Source: Chloroflexota bacterium
Lineage (GTDB): Bacteria > Chloroflexota > UBA11872 > VXOZ01
Reading direction: 5' to 3'
Length of the DNA stretch: 64,000 nt
Assembly (NCBI GenBank): GCA_964291655.2
Contig: OZ219801.1
Coordinates: 384,001 to 448,000, forward strand
Both the position numbers and the translations under genes were made by a program. Every line of letters starts with the position of its first letter. The first letter of the stretch is position 1. The notes beneath the pieces were generated by a model that was given only the letters and a program-made list of their open reading frames with translations, did not search any database and was not told the origin of the DNA. This document shows, piece after piece, positions 56,736 to 64,000 of the stretch.

Positions 56736-57290
56736 TCACGCCGGTCGCTCTTGCCCCATTTTCTGCAGCATATCCTGCAATGGCGCCAATCGCACGTCCG
56801 GCGTCTCATCCACACACTTACAAAAACTGTTATTCCGATCGCCGCCGCACTCCGGACATATACCGAGGCAATCCGGCTGGCACCGGGGCATGAGCGGTTG
56901 ACCGATCTCTATGTACTGTCGAACCGCCTCGCTGAGGTCTAGACGGTCGACACTCTCAATGAGAAACTCGGAATCAATGTCATCGTGATCGAGACGAATT
57001 GCCTTACCTGTTGCCAGGTCAAAGACCGGGTAGTACATCTCTTCAAACTGAATTAGCACATCTTCATCAAAAGCGTCTAAGCACCGGCAACACAGTAATT
57101 CTATCGTAGCATGGAGATCACTTCTGACAACAATGCCTTTCCCCGCACGGGCCAACTCAATCGTGCCTTCAATTGGTGTTACGAGGGAAATGTCTCTCCA
57201 ATTGGGAAGGAACCCTTCAATCTCGTGACAACGCAACGTGCCAGACACATCTTGGAGAAGCCCGGCCACATTTAAGGTCAGCCTATCCAT
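56736..57290 (-). CDS. DUF177/YceD family protein
   Basis: CCRCL and CQPDCLGICPECG motifs; canonical position upstream of rpmF. Confidence 0.9.
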   Translation of the reverse strand: MDRLTLNVAGLLQDVSGTLRCHEIEGFLPNWRDISLVTPIEGTIELARAGKGIVVRSDLHATIELLCCRCLDAFDEDVLIQFEEMYYPVFDLATGKAIRLDHDDIDSEFLIESVDRLDLSEAVRQYIEIGQPLMPRCQPDCLGICPECGGDRNNSFCKCVDETPDVRLAPLQDMLQKMGQERPA

Positions 57291-57298
57291 GGCTTGTC

Positions 57299-57805
57299 TT
57301 ACTCTGCCGAATCCTGCGAGCTACGATCGCCCCTTGTGCGAGCGGAAGTAACCGCCTCAGGTTCAGTGTCTGCCATTGCTTCCAGGAATATCTGCACGCG
57401 CTCATGCAGCTGTTCAAATCGTGTGCGCAGATCGGTCAAGGACCGCACAGCATAGGCGTCTGATTCTCGCTGGATTTCACTCGCCTGCTCTTCGGCTTCC
57501 TCCACAATTCCGCGCGCGTTATCTTCCGCCGCGCGAACGAGGCCGTGCTCGGAGAGTATCTCCTCCGCCTGCTCATGGGCAATCGCCACAATGCGTTCGG
57601 CCTCCAGGCGCGCCTGTTCGGGGATGCGGCTGCGCTCCTGAAGCATGCGCCTTGCTTGCCGCACTTCATCAGGCACTGACATTCGCATCTGCGCAATAAC
57701 GTCGAGGCACTCTTGCTCGTCCAGCATAATCTTATTGACAAAGGGAACCCGTTGGCCTGTGTTGACGAGCGCCTCTAAACGTTCAATTAGTGCAAAAATG
57801 TCCAT
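57299..57805 (-). CDS. Conserved coiled-coil protein (DivIVA-like, typically found next to coaD)
   Basis: IERLE...RVPF..K...MRMSVPDEVRQA...DAYA...L; synteny coaD-X-DUF177-rpmF. Confidence 0.75.
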   Translation of the reverse strand: MDIFALIERLEALVNTGQRVPFVNKIMLDEQECLDVIAQMRMSVPDEVRQARRMLQERSRIPEQARLEAERIVAIAHEQAEEILSEHGLVRAAEDNARGIVEEAEEQASEIQRESDAYAVRSLTDLRTRFEQLHERVQIFLEAMADTEPEAVTSARTRGDRSSQDSAE

Positions 57806-57889
57806 CCTGGCTACCCCTTTTGTCGGCCGCCCGTCTCATGCGTTCATTACAGATAACCCATATCCCGCATGAAGCCGCGCTATGAGCCT

Positions 57890-58369
57890 TCACATAGTCT
57901 GCACCTCACGCAATCGTGCCGCAACCACCTCCGGTACGAATGCGTCAACATTTCCACCCAGCTTGGCGACTTCTTTAACAAGACTCGCGCTTAAGAATGA
58001 ATACTTCACCGATGTCATGAGGCAGACGACTTCAAGGTCGGGACGAAGTTGCTGATACATGGCGGCAAGCTGAAACTCATACTCAAAATCCGTTACCGCC
58101 CGCAACCCTCGTACCAGCACTTGCGCGCCGAGTTCATGCGCACACTCCACCGTAAGGTTCGCAAAGCTCCTTACCTCAACATTGGGCCACTGCTTCACGG
58201 CCGTCGTAAGCATTTTCACGCGGTCTTCTAAGGAAAAGAGCACATCCTTCCTGGGATTAGCATAGACTCCAACGAAAAGCCCATCGAAGATTCGAGACGC
58301 CCTGGCAATTATATCCATGTGTCCGTTCGTAACTGGATCAAAGCTCCCAGGATAGAGCGCCGTGGGCAC
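57890..58369 (-). CDS. coaD: Phosphopantetheine adenylyltransferase
   Basis: YPGSFDPVTNGH, VRGLRAVTDFEYE, SASLVKEVA. Confidence 0.97.
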   Translation of the reverse strand: MPTALYPGSFDPVTNGHMDIIARASRIFDGLFVGVYANPRKDVLFSLEDRVKMLTTAVKQWPNVEVRSFANLTVECAHELGAQVLVRGLRAVTDFEYEFQLAAMYQQLRPDLEVVCLMTSVKYSFLSASLVKEVAKLGGNVDAFVPEVVAARLREVQTM

Positions 58370-58634
58370 GTCTTTCGCTGCCTTTCCCGTGCTAGTCGAA
58401 CCACATTATATAGCAATCGTAGCATTGCATCATACTAGTGCTCAACGACACTAGCAAATCATGCTACCGCAACGGAGAAGCGCCGGTTACACTTCCCTGC
58501 GGTATTCTACCAACGACGGAAATACTTTTCAAATCCCAATTGTAGGGTGGTGTGGTTGTTGCTACCGCAAGTTCTCACTTGATTCTGGCCAATTGCACAG
58601 GCTGGCGATGTCTGTTACTCTAGACCGAAGAAAA

Positions 58635-58720
58635 CTTCTCTTTAAACCCGTCCCGCGAGGCAGGTAAGAGGGGCCCAGATATACTTGGATGCTTCTTGCC
58701 TGCAGGCAGGAAGTTTTTTT
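58635..58720 (+). promoter_or_regulatory. PyrR-binding attenuator leader (binding loop, antiterminator, terminator)
   Basis: CTTCTCTTTAAACCCGTCCCGCGAGGCAGGTAAGAGGGG resembles the PyrR binding loop; terminator CTTCTTGCCT-GC-AGGCAGGAAG-T7 at 58692-58720; AGGCAGG of the loop can pair with the terminator 5' arm. Confidence 0.85.
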
Positions 58721-58728
58721 GTGCGTAG

Positions 58729-59334
<606 letters not shown>

Positions 59335-60282
59335 ATGCCTCTGGCGCATAGAGACCTCCTCGATCTCGATGACTACTCGTCCGAGGAAATCATGCTCCTG
59401 CTGGAGACTACCTCCGCCATGACGGAGATTCTGTCCCGACCGATCCGGCGGGTGCCTACATTGCGCGGCAAGACTATTGTCAACATGTTCTATGAAGCCA
59501 GTACCCGCACGCGCTCCTCATTTGAGTTGGCAGCGAAGAACCTCTCCGCCGATCTTGTGAATGTGTCCGCGAGCCAAAGCAGTGTCGACAAGGGCGAGTC
59601 GTTGGTTGATACTATGCGCACCCTACAAGCGCTGGGTGCAGACATGATAGTCATGCGCCATTGGGAAGCCGGCGCGCCCTACCTCGCCGCGTCCTGGCTA
59701 AACGCTTCCGTCATTAATGCTGGAGATGGCTGGCACGCCCATCCCAGTCAAGCTCTGCTCGATCTCTATACGGTCCAGCAGCGGCTTGGCACTCTCGAAG
59801 GATTGAAGCTCGTAATCGTGGGTGACATCTTACATAGCCGCGTGGCGCGATCCAATCTCTGGGGTTTTGGCAGATTGGGGGCTGAAATTGTGCTCTGTGG
59901 GCCGCCCACCCTTCTCTCACCTGAGATCCTCGGCATTACTGGGGACATGCCTCAGGTTTCGATCTCATATGATCTCGATGCAGCGATTGTGGACGCAGAC
60001 GTCGTTATGATGTTGCGTCTGCAGCGCGAACGCATGGCAAGCGGGTTGTTGCCTTCCTTGCGTGAATATGCCGTCCGTTTCGGACTCACCCGCCGGCGGT
60101 TGCAGCGCGCTCGTCCAAATGCGCTCATTATGCACCCCGGCCCTATGAACCAGGGCGTGGAGATCTCGCCTGAGCTTGCGTACGGCGAGCAGGCCGTTAT
60201 CGAGGATCAGGTAGCTAACGGAGTCGCGGTACGGATGGCAATATTCTATTTGCTCGCAGGCACGGCGGAGCGGTTGGTATGA
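59335..60282 (+). CDS. pyrB: Aspartate carbamoyltransferase catalytic subunit
   Basis: FYEASTRTRSSF, NAGDG.HAHPSQ, GDILHSRVARS, HPGP. Confidence 0.97.
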   Translation: MPLAHRDLLDLDDYSSEEIMLLLETTSAMTEILSRPIRRVPTLRGKTIVNMFYEASTRTRSSFELAAKNLSADLVNVSASQSSVDKGESLVDTMRTLQALGADMIVMRHWEAGAPYLAASWLNASVINAGDGWHAHPSQALLDLYTVQQRLGTLEGLKLVIVGDILHSRVARSNLWGFGRLGAEIVLCGPPTLLSPEILGITGDMPQVSISYDLDAAIVDADVVMMLRLQRERMASGLLPSLREYAVRFGLTRRRLQRARPNALIMHPGPMNQGVEISPELAYGEQAVIEDQVANGVAVRMAIFYLLAGTAERLV

Positions 60283-61616
60283 CCAATAATTGGCTGATCA
60301 CAGGGACACGGGTGCTCGATCCGGCGAACAACCTCGACCGTGTGCAAGACGTGCTGATCAGAGACGGTAAAGTCGCGGAAATCAACGAGTCACTCTCTGC
60401 GGCAGACTATCCCGTTATTGAAGCGGGCGGACTTGTACTCACTCCGGGGTTCGTGGACCTGCACTGTCATCTGCGTGAACCAGGCTTCGAATACAAGGAG
60501 ACCATTGCTTCCGGCACGCTGGCAGCCGCTCGCGGCGGCTTTTCCACTGTCTGCAGCATGGCGAATACGGATCCGGTAGTGGACACTCCGGCAACTATCG
60601 AGCTCATTCTGGAACGCGCGCGGGAATCCGCGGCCGCGCGGGTGTTTCCTCTCGCTGCCGTGACCCAGGGCTTAGAAGGCACGCAGCTCGTGGAGATGGC
60701 GGCACTGGCAGACGCGGGCGCTGTTGCTTTTTCCGATGACGGCATGCCGGTAGCCGATGCTCGCATGATGCGACACGCGCTCGAATACAGTCTTCTCGTT
60801 GGAAAGCCCATCGTAAATCACTGCGAAGAACCCTCTCTCGCCCAAGAGGGCGTCATGCATGAAGGCCTGACCTCCTTGCGACTGGGTCTGCGCGGGATGC
60901 CGGCCGAAGCTGAGGAGACGATGGTGGCGCGGGACGCTCTCTTGGCGCGTCGCACCGGCGCCCACATTCACATCGCCCACGTCTCGACGCGTGGCAGTGT
61001 CGAGATCATCCGCGCAGCGAAACAACAAGGCATTCGCATTACCGCGGAGGTAACGCCTCACCATCTCACGCTTACCGATACGCTTGTTGCTCAGAGACTG
61101 CAAAAAGACGCAGGCGAGGGTCTTGCTTACGACACGCACGCCAAAGTCAAACCGCCTCTCCGCGCTCAAGCAGACATTGAAGCACTCATTGAGGCTTTAA
61201 ATGATGGCACAATCGACGCCATTGCCACGGACCACGCACCCCACAGTACAACCGACAAGCTCTGCGAGTTTAGCGAAGCGGCCTCAGGCATCTCGTGTCT
61301 AGAAACTGCATTCTCGCAAGTCTTTCAGTTGGTGCAAGACGGCAGGGTATCTCTGGAAACGCTCATCAGCAAACTGACGTCAGAACCGTCCCGCGTGTTT
61401 GGCCTGCCGACGGGAATGATCACGGTAGGAGCACCGGCGGATCTAACCCTGCTCGATCTCGGTGCCGCGTGGACCGTAGACCCTGAAAAGTTTGCTTCGA
61501 AAGGCAAAAACACGCCGATCGCGGGAACAACGCTCCCCGGCTGTGTCGCGATGACGTTCGTCGACGGGAGGCTCGTCCATGCGGCTGACGGCTACAGACC
61601 AGGAGGTGCACAGTAA
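60279..61616 (+). CDS. pyrC: Dihydroorotase
   Basis: DLHCHLREPG, FSDDG, HCEE, HIAHVS, EVTPHH, PPLR, ATDHAPH. Confidence 0.95.
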   Translation: MTNNWLITGTRVLDPANNLDRVQDVLIRDGKVAEINESLSAADYPVIEAGGLVLTPGFVDLHCHLREPGFEYKETIASGTLAAARGGFSTVCSMANTDPVVDTPATIELILERARESAAARVFPLAAVTQGLEGTQLVEMAALADAGAVAFSDDGMPVADARMMRHALEYSLLVGKPIVNHCEEPSLAQEGVMHEGLTSLRLGLRGMPAEAEETMVARDALLARRTGAHIHIAHVSTRGSVEIIRAAKQQGIRITAEVTPHHLTLTDTLVAQRLQKDAGEGLAYDTHAKVKPPLRAQADIEALIEALNDGTIDAIATDHAPHSTTDKLCEFSEAASGISCLETAFSQVFQLVQDGRVSLETLISKLTSEPSRVFGLPTGMITVGAPADLTLLDLGAAWTVDPEKFASKGKNTPIAGTTLPGCVAMTFVDGRLVHAADGYRPGGAQ

Positions 61617-61618
61617 AC

Positions 61619-62824
61619 GTGTCAGACGCAGATACCTATCCTCACGCCCTGCTCGCCTTGGAAGACGGCAAAGTCTTCTTCGGCCGGGCATTCGGCTCCG
61701 CCAAGGATGCCGCCGGCGAGCTTTGCTTCAATACAAGCATGACCGGCTACCAGGAAATCTGTACCGACCCGTCCTACCGGGGGCAAATCGTCACCCTGAC
61801 GTATCCGCTCATCAATAACTACGGTGTCACTCCGGTTGACATGGAGTCGGTAAATCCATGGCTATCGGGTCTCGTTGTGCGAGAACTCTGCTCCCATCCA
61901 AGCAATTGGCGGGCCACGAATGATCTCGACGCATTCCTGGCAGACAACAATATTCCCGGAATATTTGGTCTGGATACGCGCGCGATTACCCAACACCTGC
62001 GCACTTACGGCTTCAAACGGGCCGTCCTTGCGGTAGCGTCGCCAGACGAGTTGCCGGATGATGCCTACGATCCTTATCTTTGGTCGAGTGGCCGAACCAC
62101 GGGCATTGAATCGTACGTAAATGACTGTGTCGCGCGCGCCCGGCACGTCACTCCGCTCTCGGACCACGATGTCGTGGGCGAAGTCTCGGTAAATTCAGGT
62201 GAGCATACCTCTCACGCGCCCTGGGAACCGTGGCAACTTCCGCCACAGTCCGCCGCGCAGAAACGCCTTGTCCTGATCGACACCGGGGGTAAACACAATA
62301 TTGCCCATTCCCTTACAAGCCGAGGCGCCGAGGTCCTGTGGGTGCCGTACGGCACTCGATATGAGGAGATTTGCAATCTGAATCCGGACGGAATCGTTGT
62401 ATGCAATGGTCCGGGCGATCCGGAAGTCGGCTCGGTCGCCGCAACCGTCGAGACTACGGCTCGGCTCATGCATCGCTATCCGATGTTGGGCATCTGTTTG
62501 GGCCATCAGATTATCGCGTTGGCCGCGGGCGCCCGAGCAAGCCGCCTCAAATTCGGTCACCGCGGCGCCAATCACCCGGTGCAGGATACGGAGAGCGGAA
62601 AGGTGCACATCACCACCCAAAATCATGGTTTTCAAGTTGACGCCAGCAGCATCCCTGAAGAGTCCGGATTCCGCGTCAGCCACATCAGTCTCAATGATGG
62701 GTCGGTCGAAGGCCTCCGCCACCAGGACTTGCCAATTCTAAGCGTGCAATACCATCCCGAGGCTTGCCCCGGACCACAAGACAATCAATATGTATTTGAC
62801 GAATTTGTAGAGCTCCTTTCATGA
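61619..62824 (+). CDS. carA: Carbamoyl-phosphate synthase small subunit
   Basis: [39 protein letters not shown]. Confidence 0.97.
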   Translation: MSDADTYPHALLALEDGKVFFGRAFGSAKDAAGELCFNTSMTGYQEICTDPSYRGQIVTLTYPLINNYGVTPVDMESVNPWLSGLVVRELCSHPSNWRATNDLDAFLADNNIPGIFGLDTRAITQHLRTYGFKRAVLAVASPDELPDDAYDPYLWSSGRTTGIESYVNDCVARARHVTPLSDHDVVGEVSVNSGEHTSHAPWEPWQLPPQSAAQKRLVLIDTGGKHNIAHSLTSRGAEVLWVPYGTRYEEICNLNPDGIVVCNGPGDPEVGSVAATVETTARLMHRYPMLGICLGHQIIALAAGARASRLKFGHRGANHPVQDTESGKVHITTQNHGFQVDASSIPEESGFRVSHISLNDGSVEGLRHQDLPILSVQYHPEACPGPQDNQYVFDEFVELLS

Positions 62825-64000
62825 CGAATAGACCATCCAAGGTATTAATTGTCGGTTCAGGCCCAATCATCATCGGCCAGGCCGCTGAATTCGACTACGC
62901 CGGAACGCAGGCATGCAAGGCCATGCGCGAAGAAGGCGTGACCTCCGTTCTCGTCAACTCCAATCCCGCGACGATTATGACCGATGAGGACATCGCCGAC
63001 GTAGTCTACATCGAGCCGCTCACCGTTCCAGTCATCGAGCGCATCATTGCGCACGAGCGGCCCGACGGACTCATCCCCACGCTTGGCGGCCAGACCGGTC
63101 TCAATCTCGCCGTAGATTTGGCCGAAGCGGGAGTCTTGGACAAGTATGATGTGCGACTGCTGGGCACGCCCTTATCAGCGATCCGGAAAGCGGAAGATCG
63201 AGAACTCTTCCGGCAAACCATGACTCAGATCGGCGAACCCATCCCCGCCAGCCAGACCGTCCACTCCGTCCAAGACGCGGAAGCATTCGTGGCAACAATC
63301 GGGCTGCCTGTCGTCATCAGGCCTGCCTATACGTTAGGGGGAACCGGCGGCGGCATCGCCCGTACGGCCGCAGAGGTGCAAACGATAGTTGCAGGCGGCC
63401 TTTCCGCCAGTCCAATCAACCAGGTGCTGGTGGAGGAATACTTGCTTGGCTGGAAAGAAATCGAATACGAAGTCATGCGCGATAGCGCGGACAACTGCAT
63501 CACCGTATGCAACATGGAGAATTTCGACCCCATGGGCGTGCATACCGGTGATTCAATAGTGGTCGCGCCCAGCCAGACCTTAAGCGACCGTGAATACCAG
63601 ATGCTCCGTACTGCATCCCTCAACATCATTCGGTCATTGGGCATTGAGGGCGGCTGCAACGTGCAGTTGGCGCTGGACCCCCATTCATTTGCCTATCGTG
63701 TTATCGAAGTCAATCCTCGTGTAAGTCGCTCATCTGCTTTGGCGTCTAAGGCAACCGGCTACCCGATTGCGCGCATGGCGGCCAAGATCGCCATCGGACG
63801 CACCCTCGACAACCTGCCGAATCCTATCACGGAGAAAACTACCGCTGCGTTCGAACCGGCCCTTGACTACGTCGTGGTCAAAATTCCGCGCTGGCCGTTC
63901 GACAAGTTTCCGTCGGGCGACCGCGTGCTGGGCACGCAGATGAAGTCCACCGGCGAAGTAATGGCGATTGACCGCACCTTGGAGGCTGCTTTGCAAAAGG
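62821..64000 (+). CDS. carB: Carbamoyl-phosphate synthase large subunit (3' truncated by window edge)
   Basis: ATG 62821 reads [31 protein letters not shown]...[10 protein letters not shown]...GWKEIEYEV...[18 protein letters not shown]. Confidence 0.96.
   Translation, partial: MTNRPSKVLIVGSGPIIIGQAAEFDYAGTQACKAMREEGVTSVLVNSNPATIMTDEDIADVVYIEPLTVPVIERIIAHERPDGLIPTLGGQTGLNLAVDLAEAGVLDKYDVRLLGTPLSAIRKAEDRELFRQTMTQIGEPIPASQTVHSVQDAEAFVATIGLPVVIRPAYTLGGTGGGIARTAAEVQTIVAGGLSASPINQVLVEEYLLGWKEIEYEVMRDSADNCITVCNMENFDPMGVHTGDSIVVAPSQTLSDREYQMLRTASLNIIRSLGIEGGCNVQLALDPHSFAYRVIEVNPRVSRSSALASKATGYPIARMAAKIAIGRTLDNLPNPITEKTTAAFEPALDYVVVKIPRWPFDKFPSGDRVLGTQMKSTGEVMAIDRTLEAALQK

Overview
GC-rich bacterial chromosome segment, most likely from a Chloroflexota organism. 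This is an inference from the RecG N-terminal extension, the L28 type, the recG-DAK2-rpmB / nusB-accC-fabG-fabD-rpmF-DUF177-coaD / pyrR-pyrB-pyrC-carA-carB synteny, and several Tat-lipoprotein solute-binding proteins. The left half is accessory. It holds tlyA (partial), a PrsW-NHL fusion, a PHP-type metallohydrolase, a phytoene-desaturase-like oxidoreductase, orphan ABC solute-binding proteins, and a complete N-methylglutamate (methylamine) pathway cluster (mgsABC, sox/mgd delta-alpha-gamma-beta, gmaS). It also holds a degenerate M14 peptidase, two paralogous solute-binding proteins flanking an S8 subtilase, ccdA, and a Tat-less molybdopterin oxidoreductase with a fused NrfC-NrfD partner. The right half is mostly housekeeping: gpsA, queA, pcrA, Fe(III) ABC, murG, rsmD, recG, fakA, rpmB, nusB, accC, fabG, fabD, rpmF, coaD and a PyrR-attenuated pyr operon. 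The most striking observation is the subtilase at 23085-24488. It has a Glu-His-Cys triad and Gly at the subtilisin Pro225 position, so it resembles a natural thiol-subtilisin/subtiligase. Several families of REP-like palindromes are present, and three tandem arrays (28, 109 and 21 bp units) are anchored on them. No tRNA, rRNA, CRISPR array or transposase was recognised.
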